Shown here: positions 47,538 to 58,197 of the stretch, in pieces
Position numbering within the stretch: the stretch's first letter is position 1
Layout: each line of letters begins with the position of its first letter
Source of the DNA: a virus
Direction: 5' to 3' (one strand)
Virus record (IMG/VR): IMGVR_UViG_3300025141_000022
Coordinates: 32,001-96,000 of that record
Length of the DNA stretch: 64,000 nucleotides
The notes under the pieces: model-generated
Told to the model about the DNA's origin: nothing
Database searches by the model: none
The model's input: the letters and a program-made list of their open reading frames with translations, nothing else
Translations under genes and position numbers: made by a program

Positions 47538-48677
47538 ATGACATTTTTTAATAAAAAAGAAGAAGTAATTGACATACAGCTAACCCAGTATGGCAAGTAC
47601 TTATTGTCTAAGGGCAAATTTAGACCTCACATGTATGCGTTTTATGACGATAATGTCCTATATGACAATGAATACTCTGGCTTGCCTTCCGGCTCTCAAA
47701 ACGATATCGAGGGCAGAATTCAAGAAGACACCCCTTCCTTAAAAACACAGCATGTATTTTCCGGTATCGAAACCAATATTACAAGAATAAATGAATTGGT
47801 CCGATCAGGAAAGGAACACATAGGCTCAGAAAATATTCTACCAGTAGGAGAAAAACATTTTTCACTAGCCCTTCCCCTTGGGACTACCAAGTTAGGTTCA
47901 GAGTATGCTCCTTCTATAAATGTTAATTTTTTAAATAATGAGATTACTAGTTCGATCTCGTATATGACAGGTGCTCACCCTACAATGCTAATACCACAGA
48001 TCGAGTCGCGGGCAACATATGAAACCAGTATTGGTGATACAAATAACGGAGAAGAAGCCGGCGGCTACTATTCAAAGTCATTCGATGATGGAACTTTCAT
48101 TCAGGTTGATGATGATTACTTACTGTTAGAGTTATATGAAAATGAATCTTTTTATGGAACAGAAAATTTTGACATTGAGGTATTCTTGGTAGAAGAGGAT
48201 GATGTATCTGGTTCAATATATACACCGGGATTAGATTCTGAAAAGCAATATAAGCAAGAAAAACTTATACCGCTACACTTTAGAAGACCACCAGTAGAGA
48301 TGAAAGATGGATTCCTGATGGACGACAAAAGTAGTTTTTCCCAAGAGGCGATTGAACTTACTCCAGCCTTTGTTGGATACTGGTTTGATGTTCTCGTTGA
48401 TTATGAAATAGATACAGATGTTCTTTGTGCGGCATTCCAAAGCAACGAAGTTAAATCTCTAATAGGAGATCCACAATTCTATTGCCCAGAGGCATCTCTA
48501 GATGATGCTTCTCAGGTCACATCAATTAAAGACACAACATCGCTGTACGATTCAAACACAGTTTACGAAGATCCAGAATGCCGTATTGAAGAGATATCAG
48601 ACTCCACTACATCATGGTATTGGAAAGCACCTAAATCGGGCGTCAGCGCCAATGAAGATGAGGATTCAGAGACATAA
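47538..48677 (+). CDS. Baseplate/tail structural protein, N-terminus related to the 54900 protein, 379 aa
   Basis: IDIQLTQYGKYLLSKGKF..YAFYDDNVLYD aligns with LDAVLTDTGRMRLAKG..FALGDDEINYS. Confidence 0.6.
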   Translation: MTFFNKKEEVIDIQLTQYGKYLLSKGKFRPHMYAFYDDNVLYDNEYSGLPSGSQNDIEGRIQEDTPSLKTQHVFSGIETNITRINELVRSGKEHIGSENILPVGEKHFSLALPLGTTKLGSEYAPSINVNFLNNEITSSISYMTGAHPTMLIPQIESRATYETSIGDTNNGEEAGGYYSKSFDDGTFIQVDDDYLLLELYENESFYGTENFDIEVFLVEEDDVSGSIYTPGLDSEKQYKQEKLIPLHFRRPPVEMKDGFLMDDKSSFSQEAIELTPAFVGYWFDVLVDYEIDTDVLCAAFQSNEVKSLIGDPQFYCPEASLDDASQVTSIKDTTSLYDSNTVYEDPECRIEEISDSTTSWYWKAPKSGVSANEDEDSET

Positions 48678-51600
48678 TGGCTTTAATTAATCAAGAAAAT
48701 CTAATTGGCGATCAGTTACCGAATGTCTTCATAAGTTTTATTACGCTAGAAGTATCTGGTGGAGATACCATTGTACAACGTAACCCTCATATTGAAACTG
48801 GAGTTGCCCCGTTCAGAGGAAGGGATCGTACCGGCAAGACCGTTACAATATCTTCATCACCTTTGTATAGTAGCAAGACTACATCAACCAGCACCTTGTT
48901 AGTTAAAGTGCAATTGCTGTTGAAAGAAAAATATGATAGCGATCAAAAGGGTGCATGGACTACAGATGAAGAGTTTTTAAAATATTTGAAAATACGAGTG
49001 ACACAAAGTAGGGATAAAAGATTAACACAATCATTTGAAAATGGAGAATTCACCATTGATCCTGAAAGTTATGCCTCTTCTTCTATGGCTTCATACGCTG
49101 ATACCGTATCGTTGGCTCTAAAAGATTATCTTAAAGAGATTACTGAGTACACATATACGATTGATTCGGCCGGAAATAAAATCTATGATGTTCCGTTTGA
49201 AACGACATTCGCGCACAGCGACACAAATCCAACACATTTGTCTTATTTCGCTGCAGTGTATTTTGATACACAACAGATGATAGATGATTACACTTTAAAC
49301 TTGCCTAGCGAACTGAAAAAGAATGTTTTTGGTAAAATAGTTGGTGAAAAGGTCATCGCCAGATCGGCCAAGGTTGAAAATGCTACGGCGCTTTTCTTGC
49401 CAGATAAAACTGTATATGCAGGACCAACGCACAAGGACTCTCGCGGCCGACTGCGCAAAGGAGCCCAAGCGGTCACTTCTCACAATTCAGGTCACCATCA
49501 CGAATATGTTATGTATATACAAAATTCTGGTCTTGCCATGGCAGTCGTTTCTGGAGGTCACACACATAGTATCGTAAATGGAGTTGTCCAGCCCGGCGGT
49601 GGCGCCGCAAATCTACATACGCATACTTTGCCACCACCACTTAGTAAGAAGACAGTCCCTAACAGCACAGTTAAAGATCTGAGGGACGCCCAAGAAACCG
49701 AAAGGGTACAAATAGATTTTTCTTTGATTGAAGAGGCAATATTAGGAATCCAATCGACTATTGGTAAAGTATCAGTTACGGATAAACTATATGTGCCAAA
49801 TATGTACGCCGATGAAACCTATTTTTCGGATTCGTATATGTCTCGCGACAAAGACGGTAACTGCAGGTTTCTATTCACACTTGACTTTTATAAAGCTCTC
49901 CGAGAAAAAACTCATTATGGAGCACTGCTTTCCACTACCGACGATAGAGTAAAAGATGAATTATTAAATTCCTGTATTATCAAAGAGGTAAAAGTATTCA
50001 GAAGGCGAGTTAAAAGTGTCCAAAAAATGAATCGATTAGGTTCAATAGTTACTGCCCGTGAACCGTACTCCACCATAAGCGAACCAGAACTTATAGGTAT
50101 AAATAGTAGGGCCACTGCCGGCACCTTTGATTCTAAAACTTTATATAGAAACGAATATGGAGGATTTACTGTTAATTCATCTGCAGAGACTTCTATAATT
50201 GGCGTTCTTGGAGAAGTAGAATTAGCTTCTGTAAACTCGCAACTTGGCCTACGCCATTTTATGGTTATGGACGATTCAATGTCAGAAGTCACTGATGGAC
50301 TCTATCAGTATGGAGTTGAATTCACTATTCAAGACTCTACTAAAGAATATCTTAAGAAGCAGTTAGACTCTTTATCTAAAGTTCGCGATTCAATGTTGGC
50401 ATATTATGCAGAAGCTAGCGATCCTAAATATTTTGATGTAAAGACAAATCGGTTTACACAAAAATTTATAGAATTAAAAGATAGGCAATATCCAATACTA
50501 AGATCGCGTTCTGAAGGGGTCGTCACGGCTATTAAAAATCAGACACTCTCGCCTAAAACTGAAGTAATGGTTAGAAACTCAAATAGGCAAAATATTGAAC
50601 ATGCGCCTTACATAAGAGCAACATCGGAATATTTAAAAGTGCTAAATACTATGACAATGAATGCACAATATGGAAGAATCAAAAGCTTTACTAGGGCACT
50701 GTATTCAATGTGTTCTCCAAAGTTGGGCACGCCAGATGGAATATTAACCTTTTTGCAATTAATTGAGAATTTGATGTTGCAAGTACAAAGGACAATTGGC
50801 GAAAACAATACACAAGATAGATCTAGAAGCAAAGCATATACTGGCAAAGCTCTACCAAAGTTTACTGTTACAAGATATTTCGATGAAACATTTGATAGTA
50901 ACGTGTTGAAAGAGACTGGTTATGATTATCTATCTGGACAAGACCAGAATAACCTGGGCCTCCGAGTTGTCAATGGGCAAGAATATATTCAACGAGCCAC
51001 CTCAGAAACAGAACAGTATTTTACCACAACGGATTTAACTCTTAATCTAGGCTCTTATCTTCCAGCAGCTTCAACAAATGACACTGAACTTACATTTTTA
51101 ACACCAGCGTCTGTACAAGTTGGTGGAGTCACTTTAGACATAATAGACCAGGGTTCCTCAGCACTGGTAGCGGAAAGTTACCAAGCAATGGAGTCTCTAA
51201 TAACAATGTATAACTCTTCAGATTCTGGAGCCCCTGCACCGCTAACTACCGCTTTGGACACAACAATTAACTATACACCAGTTGTGGCAGATACAGGCAC
51301 GACTATGACCACGCTTCAGGGCCTTACAGACGCCGTGAATAGAATTAGTGCTGAAGAAGAAATGGTTGTGTATTCTGATATTAGGCCATACTTAGGAGAA
51401 GGTTCAAATCAGGTCAGTGCCTCGCTAGATTCTTCTATACTCTCAAAGTTTGGCTCTAGTACGTTGGCCAGTATAATTTTTCCATCATCAGCACCGTCGC
51501 TATTAACAAGTGTTTTGGCTAGTTCTAAAATAACAGGATACGGGGTTAACAGAACAACTACTACGACCTCTAATATTGGCACATTGGCTGCAGTGCCAAC

Positions 51601-52423
51601 TAATACGAGCACAACAATTCCTACAATACAGACATACAATCTGTCAGCAGTAACAAATGGATTAGAATTGATGCGCAATTCTCCAATTGATAAATCATCG
51701 GTAGCCGCTTTGCCAAACCAAGTCTTATCACTGTTCGCTGCCAGTCTGGGAAGTACAAAAGTTGCAACAAATGTATTCAGTGCAAGCACTGATATTGCTG
51801 CCGACCCAGACACTGAAGGATACTTTAGGTTCAACTATTCAATGATTAATCAGGTTGAATGTTTTATTGGATATGGAGAGTCAACTGGCGGAGACATTGA
51901 AACAAAAGAGTCTGTATGGGTGCCACTTGATTATAGTATTCTTAATGGAAACGTTGGCGGAAATATCCTGTGTAGAATTCGTGAATATGAAAATCCCGCA
52001 TTAGATATATACTGTTCTAATGGATTGGAACTTCCCACTTACGATGAGCATTTTATTTTAAAACCAACTGAAGAGGTTCAGCGTCAAGGTTCTACATATT
52101 ATAATCCTTTTGGCAGCACTGCGGTCCTAAGAACTACATCGCTTTTGAACAGTGCCTCTCCCGCAGACATGACTAAAACTAATTTAACTTCGCCTATATC
52201 GATTACAAGTGACTGGGCACCCATTGTGGTAAGAGATTTGGGATTGACGGCTACAAAATCAGAAGAAATTAAAATTCCTACTGAATATATATCTACAATG
52301 CATATCAAGCCATCCACAAGCTTGGTCGAAACAATGGCGGTAGCCACAGCAGAATCAACGCTCGATGCGGACGTAATAGCCGCAGGCATGGGTAGCGCTC
52401 AAACACCAGGGAGTCGATACTAA
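48677..52423 (+). CDS. Large structural protein with a His-rich HxH module, 1248 aa
   Basis: In the tail operon; GHHHEY, GHTHSI, LHTHTL cluster; S/T-rich C-terminal half. Confidence 0.65.
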   Translation: MALINQENLIGDQLPNVFISFITLEVSGGDTIVQRNPHIETGVAPFRGRDRTGKTVTISSSPLYSSKTTSTSTLLVKVQLLLKEKYDSDQKGAWTTDEEFLKYLKIRVTQSRDKRLTQSFENGEFTIDPESYASSSMASYADTVSLALKDYLKEITEYTYTIDSAGNKIYDVPFETTFAHSDTNPTHLSYFAAVYFDTQQMIDDYTLNLPSELKKNVFGKIVGEKVIARSAKVENATALFLPDKTVYAGPTHKDSRGRLRKGAQAVTSHNSGHHHEYVMYIQNSGLAMAVVSGGHTHSIVNGVVQPGGGAANLHTHTLPPPLSKKTVPNSTVKDLRDAQETERVQIDFSLIEEAILGIQSTIGKVSVTDKLYVPNMYADETYFSDSYMSRDKDGNCRFLFTLDFYKALREKTHYGALLSTTDDRVKDELLNSCIIKEVKVFRRRVKSVQKMNRLGSIVTAREPYSTISEPELIGINSRATAGTFDSKTLYRNEYGGFTVNSSAETSIIGVLGEVELASVNSQLGLRHFMVMDDSMSEVTDGLYQYGVEFTIQDSTKEYLKKQLDSLSKVRDSMLAYYAEASDPKYFDVKTNRFTQKFIELKDRQYPILRSRSEGVVTAIKNQTLSPKTEVMVRNSNRQNIEHAPYIRATSEYLKVLNTMTMNAQYGRIKSFTRALYSMCSPKLGTPDGILTFLQLIENLMLQVQRTIGENNTQDRSRSKAYTGKALPKFTVTRYFDETFDSNVLKETGYDYLSGQDQNNLGLRVVNGQEYIQRATSETEQYFTTTDLTLNLGSYLPAASTNDTELTFLTPASVQVGGVTLDIIDQGSSALVAESYQAMESLITMYNSSDSGAPAPLTTALDTTINYTPVVADTGTTMTTLQGLTDAVNRISAEEEMVVYSDIRPYLGEGSNQVSASLDSSILSKFGSSTLASIIFPSSAPSLLTSVLASSKITGYGVNRTTTTTSNIGTLAAVPTNTSTTIPTIQTYNLSAVTNGLELMRNSPIDKSSVAALPNQVLSLFAASLGSTKVATNVFSASTDIAADPDTEGYFRFNYSMINQVECFIGYGESTGGDIETKESVWVPLDYSILNGNVGGNILCRIREYENPALDIYCSNGLELPTYDEHFILKPTEEVQRQGSTYYNPFGSTAVLRTTSLLNSASPADMTKTNLTSPISITSDWAPIVVRDLGLTATKSEEIKIPTEYISTMHIKPSTSLVETMAVATAESTLDADVIAAGMGSAQTPGSRY

Positions 52424-52424
52424 A

Positions 52425-54818
52425 ATGGCAGTTAGTAAAACAAGATATTTTATTGGTTCCGCGCATGCCGATGGCTCAACAGATCCTTTAAGAGAAGGTC
52501 AGGGCAAATATTGGGTAACGCCAGGAAACGCCCGCGCTTCCGCACCCGAGGATTTGTTATCACAGCCGGAAATGGAATACTCTGGAGAAGACGCGTCTTG
52601 GAGCGATAACGTAAGTTTTCATATGTCTGTTGGAGATGCAGAATATGATTCTGAAACAATGTTTTATAAAATAAAACATAAAATAAAATTAATGGGAAGA
52701 TCAGATGCTTTCGCAGATAATGATAATTGGGCTTCCTATGTTACAGGCACTATAGTAAACACTACAGATGTGTTCGAAGATTGTGTATTTGATTTAGAAT
52801 CTCCATTTTCTAAACAAGAGTTAGAATCATTTGCCGAAATTGGAAACCCTCTTCAGGCCGATATTGAGCCGTCTTATAATTTTTACATTGAATCTTATGA
52901 AAACAAGCTAAACACTAGAAGAGTTCCAGAGCAATTGCTACCAAATTTATATGCATTCATGTTCGAAAAGGAAGGAGTAAACCTAGATTCAGAAAACACA
53001 GCTTTTAACCAGCTTATTACATTAAACGGTAATATACCAGATGTTTATGTTGATGTAACCAATCAAAAGGGTGAAAAGATTGGAGAAAAAGATGAAGGTG
53101 AGTATTATCAAAAATATGCATATTATTATGATCAAGCATCTAGCGGAAGTTCCTTGACCGAGTTAAAAGATAAATATTCACGCATTGGCATACCAATAAG
53201 CGATGTAGGCAAAATAAATGAGTATAATCAGAAAGCAGAGTTGTTTCCGATGTATTCAAATATTGTATTTTCTACAGACAAGTTAACAACTTTTGCACAA
53301 ATTTTATCTGACGCTAAATTAAGCACAGCACTAATAAGAGAGTTATTAGAGAGTAAATTATCTAGTTCTGGCACAATGAGCTTTAAAGAAGCGGTTGAGG
53401 TACTACATCAGCATACTCTAGAAACAGGAGAAACGAAGGTTACTAGAACGGTATCTACCGAAATTGGGCAACGAAAAGTTTACGATTTATTATCGTGGTG
53501 GTCAAACTATAACTCCGTAACTCCCACTGCAATGTCTGATGAGGTAGTTATGCTAACGAATGACGACAATCAAGTGAGAGCCCATAGTGAAACAGAATAC
53601 TCCTTTGAAAAAAATATGGGTCTGCTTATATTTGCCGGAAAGCTAAGAACCTTTATCAAAAACAGTCTCAGGACTTATGGTGATATTACTGCCGGCACAA
53701 AGGCTCACTCTGAAACAGTGATGTATAGAATAGAAAAGCGTCTAGGGCATGCATCTGGGCCTGTATTACAAAACTTTTTTATTCCAAATTCAAATGATAT
53801 TGACATTTTTACATATATCGACACACAGGTAGGGTATGCTAGACGATATACATATAACATTTATGCATACCAATTAGTTGTAGGTTCGCAGTACCGGTAC
53901 TCAAATGTTAATATTACTGAAATAGCGGAGAGTAGAGGCCGAGGCGGAGACATAGAAGATCCTTTAGACATTGAATATACGGCAAACCTTGAGGTTGAAG
54001 TGACGCCCACGTTAAAATTAGTTGAAACTCCGTACTTCACTGAATCAGAAGTTATAATGGACGATCCGCCTCTTGCTCCTGATATTCAATTAATACCGTA
54101 TAAGGGTATTAATAATCGCATTCTGCTTACATTTAATAATAATGTAGGAGAATATTACTTCCATCCTATTATGCTAGATCAGCATGAAGAGCAAATAATC
54201 AACACTGTTAGACAGGCTCAAAAGATTCCCGATACAGGAAAGCCAATCAGGTACAAAGGTGATGATCACGCACAGTACTTTGAAGTACTCAGGTTGAGGC
54301 AGAAGCCAAAGAAGTGGGCAGATTTTTTGCACTCCAACAGAAGACTGGTGGCCACTGATATTTCTAAGAAAACCAAACTCAAAGCTGGCTCAGCAGCTAT
54401 GATAGATAAAATTTTGCCAAATCAAAAATATTATTATATATTTAGAACTTGGGACATTCATAACAAAATTTCTAATCCATCACCTATTTATGAATTAGAG
54501 ATAGTAGATGATGGCGGAGTAATCTTTCCTGTAGTTAAGGTCGTAGAATTTGCCGAGCCCATTCCAAAGATGCCTGCCAAGACAATGAAAAGGTATGTGA
54601 TGATACAGCCAAAAATAGCACACGCAATAATTAATGAGTCGAAATCTAATGTTCAGAACTCGACAACTGCATTAGATTCTAACGGTGAGGTTTACCTGGG
54701 CACCAAAGACGAGGATATTTGGGATAAAAAATTCAAGATTAGATTTACTTCGAAAGACACAGGTAAGAAGTATGATGTAAATGTTCAATTTAACTATGAA
54801 CATGTTGCGAAAGAATGA
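52425..54818 (+). CDS. Structural protein with Ig/FN3-like beta segments, 797 aa
   Basis: YIDTQV.Y..RYTYNIYAY and DKILPNQKYYYIFRTWD..SNPSPIYE resemble FN3 strands; tail-module context. Confidence 0.55.
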   Translation: MAVSKTRYFIGSAHADGSTDPLREGQGKYWVTPGNARASAPEDLLSQPEMEYSGEDASWSDNVSFHMSVGDAEYDSETMFYKIKHKIKLMGRSDAFADNDNWASYVTGTIVNTTDVFEDCVFDLESPFSKQELESFAEIGNPLQADIEPSYNFYIESYENKLNTRRVPEQLLPNLYAFMFEKEGVNLDSENTAFNQLITLNGNIPDVYVDVTNQKGEKIGEKDEGEYYQKYAYYYDQASSGSSLTELKDKYSRIGIPISDVGKINEYNQKAELFPMYSNIVFSTDKLTTFAQILSDAKLSTALIRELLESKLSSSGTMSFKEAVEVLHQHTLETGETKVTRTVSTEIGQRKVYDLLSWWSNYNSVTPTAMSDEVVMLTNDDNQVRAHSETEYSFEKNMGLLIFAGKLRTFIKNSLRTYGDITAGTKAHSETVMYRIEKRLGHASGPVLQNFFIPNSNDIDIFTYIDTQVGYARRYTYNIYAYQLVVGSQYRYSNVNITEIAESRGRGGDIEDPLDIEYTANLEVEVTPTLKLVETPYFTESEVIMDDPPLAPDIQLIPYKGINNRILLTFNNNVGEYYFHPIMLDQHEEQIINTVRQAQKIPDTGKPIRYKGDDHAQYFEVLRLRQKPKKWADFLHSNRRLVATDISKKTKLKAGSAAMIDKILPNQKYYYIFRTWDIHNKISNPSPIYELEIVDDGGVIFPVVKVVEFAEPIPKMPAKTMKRYVMIQPKIAHAIINESKSNVQNSTTALDSNGEVYLGTKDEDIWDKKFKIRFTSKDTGKKYDVNVQFNYEHVAKE

Positions 54819-54870
54819 TATAATAACAATTAAGAGAGATAATAAAAAAAGGTGAATTCTAGATTCAAAT

Positions 54871-54879
54871 ACTAATTAT
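54871..54879 (+). promoter_or_regulatory. Late-promoter motif variant ACTAATTAT
   Basis: Intergenic, upstream of GAGGA and ATG 54900. Confidence 0.5.
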
Positions 54880-54899
54880 TTTACTATGAGGAACACAAT

Positions 54900-55805
54900 A
54901 TGGCATTTTTAGATAATTCTGGTGATATTATTTTAGATGCTGTCCTAACTGACACCGGTCGAATGAGATTGGCAAAGGGCGACGGCAGCTTTAAGATAAC
55001 AAAATTCGCACTCGGTGATGACGAGATCAACTACTCGCTTTACGATAAAAACCACACAAGCGGAAGCGCGTATTACGACTTAGAGATTTTACAAACACCA
55101 GTACTAGAGGCTTTTACCAATAATACGTCTACTATGAAAACAAAGCTGGTTTCAATCCCAAGGACAAACCTGTTATATATGCCAGTCGTACAATTGAATG
55201 AATTGAAAGACGGTGCGGCTAGACACTCCAGTGGCTCGTTCATGGTCGCTGTTGACAGCGATACAGAGACTAGATGGGGCACAGTAGCTGGTATCATGTA
55301 CGGTGAAAACCCAAATGACGGAGGCTCTTATGTCCGATGTGATCAGGGCCTCGACACTACGGAGATTTCTCCAACTTTTACAATTGATGCAGATTTGGTT
55401 GAAACACAATATATTGTAGAAATAGATAATCGATTTGGAAGCATTGTTAGTGCCAAAGATGGTTCACAGGCATCTGTTTCGTTCATTGATGACGATAATG
55501 TCGCTACCTATTTTTTCTCGCTAGGAACAGATTTGCAATATGTGTCTGAAAATACAAATCGAAAAGCCTCCGCAGCACAAGAAACAATTAGCGGCCCAAG
55601 AGGAACAATATTCCAGTTTAAGATTTTGTCCTCCTTGGATCTTAATACAAGCACTCACTTATTTACATTGTTGGGATCCACAGCGGCCATGCCGGATTCG
55701 GGCTCTACAGTGACTTCATATAAGTATATTGACACCAACGTAAGAGTCCAAGGGGCAACAACAGGGTATAGAATGGATATTCCTGTTAGATTTATTAAGC
55801 TATAA
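54900..55805 (+). CDS. Baseplate/tail-collar structural protein, 301 aa
   Basis: VLTDTGRMRLAKG..ITKFALGDDE resembles the N-terminal half of tail-collar fibre (DUF3751-like) domains. Confidence 0.6.
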   Translation: MAFLDNSGDIILDAVLTDTGRMRLAKGDGSFKITKFALGDDEINYSLYDKNHTSGSAYYDLEILQTPVLEAFTNNTSTMKTKLVSIPRTNLLYMPVVQLNELKDGAARHSSGSFMVAVDSDTETRWGTVAGIMYGENPNDGGSYVRCDQGLDTTEISPTFTIDADLVETQYIVEIDNRFGSIVSAKDGSQASVSFIDDDNVATYFFSLGTDLQYVSENTNRKASAAQETISGPRGTIFQFKILSSLDLNTSTHLFTLLGSTAAMPDSGSTVTSYKYIDTNVRVQGATTGYRMDIPVRFIKL

Positions 55806-55823
55806 TAAAAAAGGATAACAAGA

Positions 55824-56927
55824 ATGGCAACAACCTATAAAACATTTTTAAGTAATGATGTAGTCTCAACGAGGACTTTATTGCACGAAGCGATCCCGGT
55901 AACGGGCACAATCGTTTCTGGAGTTTACGGAGATTTCCAATCAGAGGCGAACGTTAAGAACTATTCACATGGAATGTTCCAATCAGTATATGATTATCCT
56001 TATTTGAGTTCTTCAGCAAACCATATCTTCGATTTAGGTGTGTGCTATTCGGCCAACTCGTCATTCTCAGGCGCCTCAAATACACAAAATTCAAAGAAGA
56101 TTAATGTGTATAATCAGTTGACCCAGGTTCTGATGGGCTATGATGCCACTGGTTCAATTTTAGAGTTTGATGAAGATGGAGACATCCTCGCCGGCGGAAC
56201 AAAGCTTAGAGAGTGTTTTTATATGAACTTTGCAAGACTCTTGAATAAGGATGAAATTAAAAAGGGAACATTTGCGCTGACTTTGGGCGTACACAGCAAC
56301 TTTGACAATCCTCATTCCGGTACTATCAAGATTAGTGATGCTGGGGCCACAACTGATTACAGGGTAAACTCGCCTGCAGGAGAGTATGCTATTCTTTACG
56401 CAAACGGCCTCTCTGGTTCTCACATAACCTCGCAGACGGCATGTGGGCTACTGTTTTACCAAGCAGGCATTGCGATTGTTACAGGTTCTGTTTTTACAGA
56501 TGCGACACTTGGCGGCAAGCTGACAGATGCATATGGCCATGCTGAGATGTCTCCGACCATGGGGGGCACCGCAGCTTCAAGCGCAAGCTTCGATCATGTG
56601 TTAACTGGTTCATCTATCTCGGCTTCTTGCGATTATCTTCGCCACAGAATTAAGAATGTTGAGTTCAACAACACAACAGAACTTAATTCAACAATCTACT
56701 TTGCTCGTATCAATCACAACGACTACAACTACAGTGCTAATCCAACATACTTGTCCGCAAGCAAGATCAGAGTAAAAAACAGCACAACTGATTCCCCAGT
56801 ATCGTACATCACCACTGTTGGATTATATTCCGCAGACAATGAATTACTTGCTGTAGCAAAACTAAGTGAGCCGCTTAAAAAGGATCCAACAACTGAATTC
56901 ACATTAAGAGTTCGCCTGGATTACTAA
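55824..56927 (+). CDS. Baseplate/tail structural protein, paralog of 56958, 367 aa
   Basis: IKKGTF.L, GLLFYQAG..VTGS, NYSANPTY, YITTVGLYSADNELLAVAKLSEPLKK..LDY. Confidence 0.65.
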   Translation: MATTYKTFLSNDVVSTRTLLHEAIPVTGTIVSGVYGDFQSEANVKNYSHGMFQSVYDYPYLSSSANHIFDLGVCYSANSSFSGASNTQNSKKINVYNQLTQVLMGYDATGSILEFDEDGDILAGGTKLRECFYMNFARLLNKDEIKKGTFALTLGVHSNFDNPHSGTIKISDAGATTDYRVNSPAGEYAILYANGLSGSHITSQTACGLLFYQAGIAIVTGSVFTDATLGGKLTDAYGHAEMSPTMGGTAASSASFDHVLTGSSISASCDYLRHRIKNVEFNNTTELNSTIYFARINHNDYNYSANPTYLSASKIRVKNSTTDSPVSYITTVGLYSADNELLAVAKLSEPLKKDPTTEFTLRVRLDY

Positions 56928-56942
56928 ATTAAAAAAGTGGCG

Positions 56943-56951
56943 ACTAATTAA
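56943..56951 (+). promoter_or_regulatory. Late-promoter motif variant ACTAATTAA
   Basis: Intergenic, just upstream of ATG 56958. Confidence 0.4.
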
Positions 56952-56957
56952 ATTAGC

Positions 56958-58196
56958 ATGCCATATTACGAATTCGATAAAAACGATTTATTCTATAATA
57001 CGATTGAGGCTCATCCTAAATTTGAGTTCTTGGTGTATGATGGAAAGACCTACTACAACAGAAGGCCAGAAGTTGCTGGGCAATTTACAGGCAGCACACC
57101 AAATGCGCCTGTAGGGCACATTAACTTATATGAACTTAATGTAGATAGAGTATCAGCCTCAACGGGACTTATCTACCCTTTTGTGACAAAGGCCGGAAGT
57201 CTCACATCGTTCAAAACTACCAGTACCAGCAATTTCAATAATGATTTTGCCTATGGCGATAAGATGACTGGCAGCTATCCTTTGACAGCATCTTTGCATA
57301 GGCATTATTATTCTGAAGGCGGCACTGCATCTACAAGGCTCTCTTGTAGTGCGCTTCTGAACACGCTTAATTATTATAAATATTTATCCCCACATTATGC
57401 TTATTCTTCATCTACAGCAGTAGGTGATGGCTGGGACAAAGTATCACAAGAAATGTCCGTAATAAGTATACCATCAATTTTTTATGGCTCTTATATTAAA
57501 AAGGGAACCCTAGACTTAAAATTTTACATAACAGGTACACTAGTTGGGCACCTTAACGATATCCACAAGAACGGAGAATTGATTCAGGTTGGTCCTACGG
57601 GGAGTCAAGGTTCTGGCTCTGTAGCCGGCGTTGTTTTGTATAATGAGGGCTTTCTTTTTCTAACAGGAAGTTGGGATTTAACAAGTCCGTCTTTAGACAT
57701 AGATTATCTTAATGACACGACAAATCTGCAAAAATCGAAATGGATCTTTTGGGGCGTAGGCATGGGAGGCTATGAAACCGCAGCAGGCACATCAATAGGC
57801 TCCTCAGATACTGGAGGTTCAAACAGTACCAGAGCCTCAGCTAGTTTTGAAATGTCATATAAGGGAACTACTAATATTCAAACGGTTACAATGTTGGCCC
57901 ATGCACGAAGGGCACAGCTAAACTATTCTAATAATCCAACATACGTTCAGTATGGACAGCCTCGAAACCCTGTTACCAACTCAATGCAATATATTGAGCC
58001 AACAAATCTAAAAATTAAAAACACAGTAACATCAATATACGCGGAACCTTCAGCTAGTTTTGAAAAACACACTTACATAACTAAGATTGGTGTATACGAT
58101 GAAAATAGAAATTTAATTGCTATAGCCAATTTGGCTACACCAGTTAAGAAGACAGAAGATAGAGAATTGACTTTTAAATTAAAGTTAGATATATAA
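56958..58196 (+). CDS. Baseplate/tail structural protein, paralog of 55824, 412 aa
   Basis: IKKGTL.L, GVVLYNEG..LTGS, NYSNNPTY, YITKIGVYDENRNLIAIANLATPVKK..LDI. Confidence 0.65.
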   Translation: MPYYEFDKNDLFYNTIEAHPKFEFLVYDGKTYYNRRPEVAGQFTGSTPNAPVGHINLYELNVDRVSASTGLIYPFVTKAGSLTSFKTTSTSNFNNDFAYGDKMTGSYPLTASLHRHYYSEGGTASTRLSCSALLNTLNYYKYLSPHYAYSSSTAVGDGWDKVSQEMSVISIPSIFYGSYIKKGTLDLKFYITGTLVGHLNDIHKNGELIQVGPTGSQGSGSVAGVVLYNEGFLFLTGSWDLTSPSLDIDYLNDTTNLQKSKWIFWGVGMGGYETAAGTSIGSSDTGGSNSTRASASFEMSYKGTTNIQTVTMLAHARRAQLNYSNNPTYVQYGQPRNPVTNSMQYIEPTNLKIKNTVTSIYAEPSASFEKHTYITKIGVYDENRNLIAIANLATPVKKTEDRELTFKLKLDI

Positions 58197-58197
58197 T

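Noticed and set aside
960-49952. Short alternative-frame + strand ORFs nested in long genes (e.g. 960-1154, 8722-8922, 36438-36791, 43825-44166, 49341-49577)
   Set aside because: Fully overlapped by longer motif-bearing ORFs, with no independent translation signals.
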